DNA of 64,000 nucleotides. Source: Vicinamibacterales bacterium (GTDB lineage: Bacteria; Acidobacteriota; Vicinamibacteria; Vicinamibacterales; UBA8438). Made by a program: the position numbers and the translations under genes. The DNA is taken from the NCBI GenBank assembly GCA_963663815.1, contig OY760734.1. One strand, written 5' to 3'. The notes beneath the pieces were generated by a model that made no database searches, was not told the DNA's origin, and worked only from the letters and a program-made list of their open reading frames with translations. Shown piece after piece: positions 48,932 to 58,047 of this stretch; position 1 is the stretch's first letter, and each line of letters opens with the position of its first letter.

Positions 48932-48968
48932 GTGCCGAAGCCGCGTCGACGCGTGCCGAAGCCGCGTC
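48932..48968. repeat. 16-bp direct repeat (21-bp period) in the divergent SSS / RHH intergenic region
   Basis: GTGCCGAAGCCGCGTC occurs at 48932-48947 and 48953-48968. The first copy starts 4 nt upstream of the SSS start codon (minus strand). Confidence 0.9.
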
Positions 48969-49135
48969 CGACGTTCCGCGCGCCTTCTGCATCAGCACCC
49001 ATGACACGCGTCGCCGACTGCTTCCCGCTGGAGCTCCGGCACGCGAAGATCCTTGACGGTCAGGGCTTCCGTGTAGCACACTGCTGCAGGTTGCAGCAGA
49101 CGCACCGCCGACGGTCAGACCGACTGGTGAACCCG

Positions 49136-49330
49136 ATGCCGGCAAAACACCGTGTGACCGTCAATCTGGACGAGCGCGAATACCGGGAGCTGTCGGCGTT
49201 GGCCGAGAAGTACCGAGTCTCCCTCGCGTGGTTGGGCCGTCAGGCGACCGTCGAGTTTCTCGATCGGCATGCGCAAGACGAGATGCAGCTCCCTCTCGGT
49301 CTCTCTCCCGAGCGCCGGGCGGGTCGCTGA
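49136..49330 (+). CDS. ribbon-helix-helix (CopG-like) DNA-binding protein
   Basis: HRVTVNLDEREYRELSALAEKYRVSLAWLGRQATVEFL has the beta-strand, helix, helix pattern of RHH regulators. It lies 30 nt upstream of the methyltransferase gene. Confidence 0.65.
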   Translation: MPAKHRVTVNLDEREYRELSALAEKYRVSLAWLGRQATVEFLDRHAQDEMQLPLGLSPERRAGR

Positions 49331-49360
49331 GGCGCCCGTGCGCATTCCGGCACAGGGGCG

Positions 49361-51157
49361 TTGAAGATGGCGGCAGCCGCGAGGACCGTTCTGCCAACGC
49401 CCCTCCCGTCCGCGGTGCGAGAAGCCCTGCTTCGCGTCCGCCGGCTCGCCGTGTCGGCAAAGCGTGAACACCGCCTCGCCCTCGCGCGAGCGGTCGTCCT
49501 GCAGGTCGTCTCCGCCTATTGGCGCGGGCTACCGCCCGGCCCCGGCGTCCCTCGGCCCCTGCGCAAGCCCCCGTCCGACGTCGAGCTGTCCTCCATCACG
49601 GAAGAAGCTGCCAACCTCATCGGCACCATCGGGAACGCTGCGGCTGCGCTCCCCGTGGTGGATGCCGGCTACCTGATTGGGGTCCTCTACACGGGGATGA
49701 TGCCGGATCGGTTCCGGGCGGACCGCGGTGCGTACTACACGCCGCCCGCGCTGTGCGAGCGTCTGCTGGATCTCGCCACCGAGGCGGGCGTCGACTGGCG
49801 GACCGCACGGGTGCTCGATCCGGCCTGCGGCGGAGGCGCGTTCCTCGCGCCGGTAGCGCGCCGGATGGCGGAGAGCCTGGCCGGCTGCCGGCCCGACGCC
49901 GTCCTCGCGAGCATCCACGGCCGTCTGGCGGGGTTCGAGCTCGACCCCTTCGCCGCCTGGATGACGCAGGTCTTTCTGGATGTGACCCTGCGCCGTTTCC
50001 GTAGCGACGCAACCCTCCCCCTCCGCCCCGTGGTGCGGGTCTGCGACAGCCTCGAACAGCCCCCACCATCGGAGCCGTTCGATCTCGTCGTCGGCAATCC
50101 CCCGTACGGGCGCCTGAAGCTCTCGCCTCGGTTGCGCGCGAGATTCAAGCGCGGCCTCTTCGGTCATGCGAACCTGTACGGCGTGTTCACCGATCTGGCC
50201 TTGCGGTTCACCAGGCCGGGCGGCGTCGTCGGCTATGTCACGCCAACGAGCTTCCTCGCCGGCGAGTACTTCAAGGCCCTTCGCGCCCTGCTTGGCCGTG
50301 AAGCGCCGCCGGTCAGCATCGACTTTGTCGAGACGCGCTCAGGGGTCTTTGCCGATGTCTTGCAGGAAACCCTGCTCGCGGTATATCGCAGCCGGGGCGC
50401 GCCTGGCCTCGGGCGGGTACACTTCATCTCTCCGCGGCCCGACGGCTCCATTGCGACGACCGCCGCCGGCTCTTTCCGGCTTCCCGCGCAGCCGGCGAAT
50501 CCCTGGCTCGTGCCGCGCACGCCGACGCAGACGGTGCTGTTGCGTCGGGCTCGGCGACTTCCCTGCCGCCTCAAGGATTACGGCTATACCGTCAGCACCG
50601 GGCCTCTGGTCTGGAACCGGCACAAGGATGGTCTGCGGGACCGGCCCGGCCGGGGGCGCTACCCGCTCGTGTGGGCCGAATCCGTGCGCCCCGACGGCAT
50701 CTTCGAGTTCCGGGCGAAGAAGCGCAACCACAAGCCGTACTTTCAGCCGACGGCGGAAGAGTCCTGGGTCGTGACCGACTTCCCGTGCGCACTCGTGCAG
50801 AGGACGACAGCCAAGGAGCAGTGCCGGCGACTGATCGCAGCGGAGCTGCCCGCCTCGTTCATCGACGAGCACGGCGCGGTGGTCGTCGAGAACCACCTCA
50901 ACATGATCAGGCCCCTGGACGGCGCGCCCGGCGTGTCCCCGGCCGCGTTGACGGCGCTGCTCAACAGCAACGTGGTCGATCAAGTGTTCCGTTGCATCAA
51001 TGGCAGTGTCGCGGTCTCCGCCTACGAGCTCCAGGCGTTGCCGCTCCCGCCGCCGGAAGACGTGCGGGAGATAGAAAGCCTGCTTGAATCTCGCGCGAGT
51101 CGTCAGACGCTGCACAGGGCGGCGGAACACCTGTACGCCACTCGGGTTCAGGGCTGA
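49361..51157 (+). CDS. N6-adenine DNA methyltransferase (gamma class, Eco57I/PstI-like)
   Basis: RGAYYTPPAL, motif I VLDPACGGGAFL, motif IV LVVGNPPYGRL. Confidence 0.85.
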   Translation: MKMAAAARTVLPTPLPSAVREALLRVRRLAVSAKREHRLALARAVVLQVVSAYWRGLPPGPGVPRPLRKPPSDVELSSITEEAANLIGTIGNAAAALPVVDAGYLIGVLYTGMMPDRFRADRGAYYTPPALCERLLDLATEAGVDWRTARVLDPACGGGAFLAPVARRMAESLAGCRPDAVLASIHGRLAGFELDPFAAWMTQVFLDVTLRRFRSDATLPLRPVVRVCDSLEQPPPSEPFDLVVGNPPYGRLKLSPRLRARFKRGLFGHANLYGVFTDLALRFTRPGGVVGYVTPTSFLAGEYFKALRALLGREAPPVSIDFVETRSGVFADVLQETLLAVYRSRGAPGLGRVHFISPRPDGSIATTAAGSFRLPAQPANPWLVPRTPTQTVLLRRARRLPCRLKDYGYTVSTGPLVWNRHKDGLRDRPGRGRYPLVWAESVRPDGIFEFRAKKRNHKPYFQPTAEESWVVTDFPCALVQRTTAKEQCRRLIAAELPASFIDEHGAVVVENHLNMIRPLDGAPGVSPAALTALLNSNVVDQVFRCINGSVAVSAYELQALPLPPPEDVREIESLLESRASRQTLHRAAEHLYATRVQG

Positions 51158-52257
51158 TGCCTCTGCCACCGCTGTTGCCGCCGCCCGCAATCCATGAGCG
51201 CCTGGGGCTGGTTTTCCCGGAAGGAACGGCGAACCGCAACTATGTGACCCGCGAGATCGCCGCCAAGACTGTCTTCGTGATGCTCTACGCGGGCGCGGTG
51301 GAAGGCAACGACACCTGGCTTCGCCCCGACCAGGTGACGCGCATGACCGACGCCCAGGCTGCCTTGATCGCGGACGCGGCCCGAGCGGCTTGGGCGAGAC
51401 AGTCCACGCGCCCTGCGACAGACCAAATCGCCGGCCGATGGTACGCCGCCAACACCCGGGAGCCCATTCGGGACGAGACCCTGCGCGATGGACTTGTGCG
51501 CCTCGGGGCCGTGGTAGAGCGGGGGGGACTATCGACGACATCACCCAAGGGGCGGTATGCGCTGACGGAGGCCTTTGCGGCCCTGTTCGATCCCGCGGTG
51601 ACGGGGAGTGCGTTGGGAACTGCCATGAAAGCCTGGCAGGAAGCGAATCTGGCGCCCGGCGCGCTTGCCCGTATCGCCATCGTGCGCCAGGGCGCCGTCG
51701 CGGGCAAGGAGCGAGTGCTCGTTACCTTTCCGAATGGCGAAACCCGGCGCATGGAGCCGGGTCCCAGCTCCGTGATCTCGAAGGCGGTGGTCGAGGATTT
51801 CGCCCGCCGCTTTCTCGACAAGCCCGGCGTCATCTGGTTGAGCGAGAGCCGACACCAGGTCGTGGCGCAGGACGACGAGCTGGCCCGGAAGATCGGCTTG
51901 GTGATCCAGCCGGATCGCAACCTGCCGGACGTGATCCTGGTCGATCTTGGTCCCTATGCCCCCCTGCTCGTGTTCGTCGAGGTGGTCGCGACGGACGGTC
52001 CCGTGAGCGAGGCCCGCCAGACAGCGTTGATGACGATAGCAGCGGACGCCGGCTTCCACGAAGAACAGTTGGCGTTCGTGACCGCCTATGCCGACCGTGA
52101 CGCCGGTGCGTTCAGGCGCTCGATGGGCAAGTTGGCGTGGCGGTCGTTTGCCTGGTTCATGTCGGAACCGGACCACATCATGGCACTGCATCGCGGATCC
52201 GGGGCACGGCGGGTTCTGCTGTCGGAATTGATGCGCGATGCCGGCGACGTCGACTGA
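51157..52257 (+). CDS. BsuBI/PstI-family type II restriction endonuclease
   Basis: IHERLGLVFPEGTANRNYVTREIAAKTVFVMLY (N-terminal) and PDVILVDLGPYAPLLVFVEVVATDGPVSEARQ (C-terminal catalytic region) fit my recollection of the BsuBI_PstI_RE family. The start overlaps the methylase stop (TGATG). Confidence 0.75.
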   Translation: MPLPPLLPPPAIHERLGLVFPEGTANRNYVTREIAAKTVFVMLYAGAVEGNDTWLRPDQVTRMTDAQAALIADAARAAWARQSTRPATDQIAGRWYAANTREPIRDETLRDGLVRLGAVVERGGLSTTSPKGRYALTEAFAALFDPAVTGSALGTAMKAWQEANLAPGALARIAIVRQGAVAGKERVLVTFPNGETRRMEPGPSSVISKAVVEDFARRFLDKPGVIWLSESRHQVVAQDDELARKIGLVIQPDRNLPDVILVDLGPYAPLLVFVEVVATDGPVSEARQTALMTIAADAGFHEEQLAFVTAYADRDAGAFRRSMGKLAWRSFAWFMSEPDHIMALHRGSGARRVLLSELMRDAGDVD

Positions 52258-52306
52258 CACGCGGGCCCGGGGCCCCGGGTGATGCCTCTCTGCTATTCTC
52301 CCGGCC

Positions 52307-53014
52307 ATGCCTCTGGACGAGTACCGTCGCAAGCGCGACTTCTCGAAGACGCCGGAGCCGCCGGGGGACCCCGAGCCGCGCGGGCGCCGGAGCGCCAAGC
52401 CGAAGCCGCTGTACTTCTGCGTGCAGAAGCACCTCGCAAGCCGGCTGCACTACGACCTCCGGCTCGAGCACGGGGGAGTCCTGCTGTCGTGGGCGGTGCC
52501 GAAGGGCCCGTCGCTCGACCACCGCGACCGGCACCTCGCGGTGCAGACCGAGGACCATCCCCGCGACTACGGCGACTTCGAGGGGGTCATACCGGAGGGC
52601 TACGGCCAGGGCATCGTCATGTTGTGGGACTACGGGACCTGGAGCCCGGAGGTCGACGACGTCGGCGAGGCGCTCGGCAAGGGCGACCTGAAGTTCACCC
52701 TCGACGGCTACAAGCTAAAGGGCTCGTGGGCCCTCGTCCGGACCCGCGACCGGCCCGACACCTCCCCGTCGCAACGCGGCAGGAGCTGGCTGCTCATCAA
52801 GCACCGCGACTTCTGGTCAGGCCCTCTCGACATCACCACCTTCGCGCCCCTCAGCGTGAAGAGCGAGGGAGACTTCGACGACATCCTCGCCGCCGACCTG
52901 CCGGACGTGTGGGTGACGGGGCGCGCCGCCGCCCGGGGGGGCGCCACCGGAAAGGCCTTGCGGGAGATCATCGAAAAGGCTGCGGCCAAGAAGCTGGCCC
53001 GTGACGAGAGGTAG
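52307..53014 (+). CDS. stand-alone LigD-type 3-prime-phosphoesterase domain protein
   Basis: LDEYRRKRDFSKTPEP, FCVQKHLASRLHYDLRLE, LLSWAVPKGPSLD, VQTEDHPRDYGDFEGVIPEGYG and LKFTLDGYKLKG are hallmark LigD PE blocks. Confidence 0.85.
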   Translation: MPLDEYRRKRDFSKTPEPPGDPEPRGRRSAKPKPLYFCVQKHLASRLHYDLRLEHGGVLLSWAVPKGPSLDHRDRHLAVQTEDHPRDYGDFEGVIPEGYGQGIVMLWDYGTWSPEVDDVGEALGKGDLKFTLDGYKLKGSWALVRTRDRPDTSPSQRGRSWLLIKHRDFWSGPLDITTFAPLSVKSEGDFDDILAADLPDVWVTGRAAARGGATGKALREIIEKAAAKKLARDER

Positions 53015-53172
53015 CGGCCGGCCGCCGACCCAGGCTGCCCGAAGCCGGTGACGGGACGTCCTGCTGCGTGGGAGACGGCGACTGGTGCACCGCCGAGACG
53101 GGCGCGCGGCCTTGGCCCGCGCCCAAACGAGCGGATTCACGGGTACAATCGCCGCGCGCGTCCGCCACCGTC

Positions 53173-53688
53173 ATGCCTCTCATCGACATTCTCCTGCCCC
53201 AGTTCGACCGGGAGATCGGCACCACCAAGCGCCTCCTTGAGGTCGTGCCGCAGGCGGACCTCGCGTGGTGCCCCGGCGGGAAGGCCCGGACCGTGGCCGA
53301 GCTGACGGGCCACCTGGCGGAGATTCCGGCCTGGACCTGCGGCATCATGGACGAGGAGAGCGGCGACCTGGCCGAGGTCCCCGAGCCGGCCGCCGCCACG
53401 TCGGTCGCCTCGGCATTGGACCGGTTCGACGTCGGGTCGGCGGCGGGCCGCCGCGCCCTCGTTGAACGCCGCGACGACGAGCTCGTCGCCGACTGGACCC
53501 TGCGGTGCGACGGTCGAGTGCTCTTCTCGCTGCCCCGGATAGCGATGGTGCAGGTGCTGGTGCTGAACCACCTCATCCACCACCGCGGCCAGCTCAGCGT
53601 CTACCTTCGCTTGCGGGGATGCCGGATACCCCCGATCTACGGCCCCACCGCTGACGACCGGGAGCCCGCGGCGAGGCCCCGACGATGA
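53173..53688 (+). CDS. DinB-family protein
   Basis: A four-helix DinB pattern with the His triad context (ELTGHLAEIP ... LNHLIHHRGQLSVYLR). ATG 53173 chosen inside the longer ORF. Confidence 0.8.
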   Translation: MPLIDILLPQFDREIGTTKRLLEVVPQADLAWCPGGKARTVAELTGHLAEIPAWTCGIMDEESGDLAEVPEPAAATSVASALDRFDVGSAAGRRALVERRDDELVADWTLRCDGRVLFSLPRIAMVQVLVLNHLIHHRGQLSVYLRLRGCRIPPIYGPTADDREPAARPRR

Positions 53689-54785
53689 CGGAAGCCATCT
53701 CCCGCGGCGGCCCCGCCGACCGCTACGCCGCGCATCCGCGCCTCCGGGGCGGACACCGGATGACCCTGTTCACCTGGGGCCGCACCCGGCGCTTCCCGCG
53801 CCTGCCGCCGCCCGAGCCCCGCTACTTCGACGTCGCCCCCGACGCGCGCGTGCTCGCCCACTGCCACTGGCAGCCCGAGCCGCGCCGGCACGCGACGCTC
53901 ATCGCCCTGCACGGCCTCGAGGGCTCGAGCCGGGCCCACTACATGCGCGGCCTCGCCGACAAGGCCTTCGCCGCGGGCATGAACGCGGTGCTCCTGAACC
54001 AGCGCAACTGCGGGGGCACCGAGGCCCTGTCCGCCGGCCTCTACCACTCGGGGCTCTCGGCCGACCCGCGGGCGGTCATCGACGAGCTGATAGCGCTCGA
54101 CCGGCTGCCGGCCATCGCGGTCGCCGGCTACTCGCTCGGGGGCAACGTCGCCGTGCGCCTCGCCGGCGACTACGGGCCCGACGCGCCGCCCGAGCTCCGG
54201 GCGATCGTCGCGGTCTCGCCCACCCTGCACCTGGCGATGTGCGTCGAGGCCCTCGAACGCCGGTCGAACCGCGTCTATCAGTGGAACTTCGTGCGCAACC
54301 TGAAGCGCCGGATGAGACGGAAGGCGAGGGCGTGGCCGGACCGCTTCGACCTGAGCCGGCTCGGGGGGGTGCGGACGGTGCGGGAGTTCGACGAGCGCTT
54401 CACGGCCCCCCACCACGGATTCCGGGACGCCGCCGACTACTACCACCGGGCGAGCAGCCTGCGGGTCGTCGAGAGCGTGCGGGTGCCGACCCTCGTGGTC
54501 AGCGCCGCCGACGATCCGTTCGTCCCTCCGGAACAGTTCGGCGACCCGGGCATCGCCTCGAACCCGCACGTCACGGTGCAGGTCACGCCCCACGGAGGTC
54601 ACTGCGGGTTCTACGCGCGCGCCGCGCCGGGCTTCGACGGCTACTGGGCCGAACGGCGGGCCGTGGAGGTCGTGCGGGTACAGATGGCGGGTCAGGACGT
54701 CGCCGCATCGGTAGACGGCGCCTCCTCCGAGGCGCGCCTTTCTACGGCGCAGTCCCCCGGCCCGCCGCGGGCAGCGCGTCGATGA
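53685..54785 (+). CDS. alpha/beta hydrolase (YheT-like)
   Basis: LIALHGLEGSS, nucleophile elbow AGYSLGGN, and the late motifs DDPFVP and HGGHCGF. The ATG overlaps the DinB stop (ATGA). Confidence 0.8.
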   Translation: MTEAISRGGPADRYAAHPRLRGGHRMTLFTWGRTRRFPRLPPPEPRYFDVAPDARVLAHCHWQPEPRRHATLIALHGLEGSSRAHYMRGLADKAFAAGMNAVLLNQRNCGGTEALSAGLYHSGLSADPRAVIDELIALDRLPAIAVAGYSLGGNVAVRLAGDYGPDAPPELRAIVAVSPTLHLAMCVEALERRSNRVYQWNFVRNLKRRMRRKARAWPDRFDLSRLGGVRTVREFDERFTAPHHGFRDAADYYHRASSLRVVESVRVPTLVVSAADDPFVPPEQFGDPGIASNPHVTVQVTPHGGHCGFYARAAPGFDGYWAERRAVEVVRVQMAGQDVAASVDGASSEARLSTAQSPGPPRAARR

Positions 54786-55527
54786 GCCGGCGGGCGAACT
54801 CGGGGCCCTTCCCCTTGTCCTCGTGCTTGAAGTAGACGAACACCTCCCCGCAACCGCGGGTGCTCGCGCCGATCGTCTCCGCCCACCGGGCGATGTCGTC
54901 CGGCCCATAGCCCTCGTCCCGCAGCCGGAAGTAGGCGTAGTCGGCGGTCACCTCCAGCGGCGTCGTCATCCGCTCGCTGTCGGCGATGCACAGGGCCAGG
55001 CCGCGCGACCGCAACCGTTCGAACACCGCCGGGTCGTGCCACGACGCATGACGGAACTCGAACGCGGCCCGGACGCCGGCGGGGAGCACGGCGAGGAACT
55101 CGTCGAAGACCTCCAGGCTCTTCCTGAAGTACGGCGGGAGCTGGAACAGCAGGACGCCGAGCTTCGGCCCCAGCGTTCGCGCGGCCCCGCAGAACGCGGC
55201 GGTGGGGTCCCCGGCGTCGCGCAACCGGGCCTCGTGGGTGATGCGCCGCGGCGCCTTGAGGGTGAAGCGGAAGTGGTCGGGGGTCAGGTCGGACCACCCG
55301 GCCAGCAGCCGCTCGGTCGGCATGCGGTAGAAGGTGTAGTTGATCTCGACGGTCGGCAGCTGCTCGGCGTAGAAGGGCAGCATCTTCTTGGGGGACAACT
55401 TCTCGGGGTAGAAGCTACCCCTCCATTCCGTGTAGTTGTACCCGGAGGTGCCGACGAAGACTCTCGGCGGCGAGGCCGAGCCGCCGGTCGGCCCGGCGCC
55501 GCCGGTTGCTGAAGCGGGGGTCTGCAT
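54742..55527 (-). CDS. DUF72 (YecE-like) domain-containing protein
   Basis: VFVGTSGYNYTEWRGSFYPEKL, VEINYTFYRMP, LLFQLPPYF and FEFRHASW. ATG 55527 chosen. The 3-prime end overlaps the convergent hydrolase gene by 44 nt. Confidence 0.85.
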   Translation of the reverse strand: MQTPASATGGAGPTGGSASPPRVFVGTSGYNYTEWRGSFYPEKLSPKKMLPFYAEQLPTVEINYTFYRMPTERLLAGWSDLTPDHFRFTLKAPRRITHEARLRDAGDPTAAFCGAARTLGPKLGVLLFQLPPYFRKSLEVFDEFLAVLPAGVRAAFEFRHASWHDPAVFERLRSRGLALCIADSERMTTPLEVTADYAYFRLRDEGYGPDDIARWAETIGASTRGCGEVFVYFKHEDKGKGPEFARRLIDALPAAGRGTAP

Positions 55528-55608
55528 CGGCGGAAGTCTACCCGATGCTTCGGTCTGCGCTCGCCCTCCGCCTTGTCCAACCAGAAGTGAGCCTGAAGGG
55601 AGGATTGA

Positions 55609-58008
55609 TTCCAACGTGAAATGAGCCTGAAGGGGCCGGGTCCCGGATCATCGGAGGATGATCGTGAGACTCGACACCCAGCGCCTGCAGACCCTGGACC
55701 AGATTCGGGAGTTCCTGGCCGACAGCCGACCGCTCGACCTGCGGCCGCAGACCCGGGCCGAGGCCTACGCGTTCGTGGCCGAGACCCTGGAACGGTTCGA
55801 CTACCCCGGCCGGGGGAAGGCCGACAAGGGCCTGCTCCGCCGGTTCCTGGTCAGGGTGGCCGGCCTCTCGCGAGCGCAGGTCACCCGCCTGCTGCGCCAG
55901 CACCGGGCCACGGGCGCCATCGCCGACCGCCGCGGCCCCCGGCGCCCCTTCCCCCGCCGCTACACCAAGGCCGACATCGGGCTGCTCGCCGAAGTCGACG
56001 CCCTCCACGGCACCCTCTCCGGGCCCGCCACCCGCCAGCTCTGCATCCGGGCCCTGCACGTGTTCGGGGACCACCGCTTCGAGCGCCTCGCCGCCATCTC
56101 CAACGGACATCTCTACAACCTGCGCCACTCGACCAGCTATCAGCGCCGCCGCGGGACGATGCCCGCGCCGACCCGCGCCGTGCACATCGCCATCGGCGAG
56201 CGCCGCCGGCCCCGGCCCGACGGGCAACCCGGCTACCTGCGGGTCGATACCGTCCACCAAGGCGACCTCGACGGCATCAAGGGCCTCTACCACCTCAACC
56301 TCGTCGACGAGGTCAGCCAGTTCCAGTTCGTCGGCTCCCTCGAGCGCATCGAGACGCCCTGCCTCGCCCCCGTCCTCGAAGCGCTGCTCCGGGCGTTCCC
56401 CTTCATCGTCCGCGGATTCCACGCCGACAACGGTACCGAGTTCATCAACCGCAAGGTCGCCGCCCTGCTGCAGGCCCTCCACGTCGACGAGTTCACCAAA
56501 TCCCGCCCCCGACGCAGCAACGACAACGCCCTCGTCGAGAGCAAGAACGGCTCGGTCATCCGCAAGCACCTCGGATACGGCCACATCCCCAGCCGCTACG
56601 CGGAACGCGTCAACGCCTTCACCCAGCGGGTCCTCTCCCCCTACCTGAACTTCCACCGCCCCTGTCTCTTCCCCGTCGAAGTCGTCGACGCCAAGGGCCG
56701 CGTCCGCAAGCGCTACCCCCACGCCAACGTCATGACCCCCTACGAGAAGCTCAAGTCGTTGCCCGACGCCGCCGACTGCCTCAAGCCGGGGACCTCCTTC
56801 GACGAGCTCGACGCCGTCGCCGCCGCCATGAGCGACAACGACGCGGCACGCGCCCTCAACCAGGCCCGCGACCGCCTGTTCGCCGCCATCGACCCCGCCG
56901 CCTGAAATACCCGCGGCGACGGGCGGCGTCGACCCGCAGCTCGGTGTCGCCGACGCCCGGCCCATGAGTCGCCGCACCGGCGGACGGGGGGGGGAGGGGA
57001 TGGAGGCAGCGCCGGGTGGCTGGCGTGTCGCCGGCTGCCCGCACCGGTCGCCGGCAAGAGGCAGCCCCGGATGCCGCCGCCGGGTTTGTGCTCCCCGTTC
57101 GAACCGCGTAGCTGCGGGCCGGCCAGCGTGTCAACGCGCTCCGCGCGTCCTCCGCTGCGCTACGGCCCTGCGGGTGACACACCGGCCGTCCCGCAACTCG
57201 GATTGCAGATATGGGCCTTGCGGCCCGGCCTGGACGGGACGTCCCGGCCGTCCACGAGACGCCGTGGCAGGACACGCGCCCCCCCCCGGCGCCGCGGGAG
57301 ACCCGTTCGGAGGCCCCGTGCTCCCGGTCCGCTGTTGCCCCGAGTCCGCCGTCGCTCGACAGCCGTGACGTCCGGGCGCCGAGCCGCCTGTCACCGGTCC
57401 GTTACGTAACGGTGTGGAGTTGGTCGTGGCGTTGACGAACGCGGAGCGGCAGGCGCGTTACCGGAAAGCGGCGGAAGGCCTGGAGGCTGTCGAATCTACC
57501 CAGGGCTTCGGGCTCCCCGGTTCGGACCCGCTCCGTTTTGGACCCGCCCCGCTCCGAACGCCGCGCCGGACCGGAACCGCCGCTCTCGCTGCCGCAGCAC
57601 GCCGCCCTTCGGTCGGCGTGCCGACCTGGAGGTCGGGCTGGTCAGGCGGGGCGGCCGCCGGAACCACGGCACCGGTGACCGACCACGGGCCACAGACGCA
57701 TCAAGGCCGGCCACGGGACGAGCCGACCGCCGGTCGCCGACCCGAACCGCCGCCTCGGGGTGGAGTCGGCGGTGGCGGACGACGGCGGACCCCCGGCGGG
57801 CACCCCGGGCGCCTAACCCCTCCGCCCAAGCAGGATTGACGTGCTGGCCAGGAACCGGAGGACCTCGGCCCCGCCCATGACGGATAATGTCGGTCAGTGT
57901 GCGCCGGCTCACCGCAGCCCGCGCCAGGACCCCTGTTTCGGTCCGCTGATTCGGCCGCCGTCACCTCGGTTCACGTGCCGCCGCTTCAGGCTCATTTCAG
58001 GATTGGAA
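55609..58008 (+). mobile_element. insertion sequence (~2.4 kb) with an rve/DDE transposase and imperfect terminal inverted repeats
   Basis: A 16-bp perfect inverted repeat: TGAAATGAGCCTGAAG at 55617-55632 and its reverse complement at 57984-57999. It is extended outward by TTCCAA / TTGGAA. A second subterminal copy of TGAGCCTGAAGGG lies at 55588-55600. Confidence 0.65.
55658..56905 (+). CDS. DDE-type integrase/transposase (rve core domain)
   Basis: Catalytic triad context RVDTVHQGD, GFHADNGTEFIN and SNDNALVESKNGSV. N-terminal HTH-like region (GLSRAQVTRLLRQHRATG). Confidence 0.85.
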   Translation: MIVRLDTQRLQTLDQIREFLADSRPLDLRPQTRAEAYAFVAETLERFDYPGRGKADKGLLRRFLVRVAGLSRAQVTRLLRQHRATGAIADRRGPRRPFPRRYTKADIGLLAEVDALHGTLSGPATRQLCIRALHVFGDHRFERLAAISNGHLYNLRHSTSYQRRRGTMPAPTRAVHIAIGERRRPRPDGQPGYLRVDTVHQGDLDGIKGLYHLNLVDEVSQFQFVGSLERIETPCLAPVLEALLRAFPFIVRGFHADNGTEFINRKVAALLQALHVDEFTKSRPRRSNDNALVESKNGSVIRKHLGYGHIPSRYAERVNAFTQRVLSPYLNFHRPCLFPVEVVDAKGRVRKRYPHANVMTPYEKLKSLPDAADCLKPGTSFDELDAVAAAMSDNDAARALNQARDRLFAAIDPAA

Positions 58009-58047
58009 AGCACGCCCTCCGAATGCGGGAGGCGCGGCTGGTGCCCC

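Noticed and set aside
57414-57839. 141-aa ORF inside the IS cargo as a passenger gene
   Set aside because: Only the first ~25 residues (VALTNAERQARYRKAAEGLEAV) look protein-like. The remainder is Pro/Gly/Arg low complexity, with no RBS and no family resemblance.
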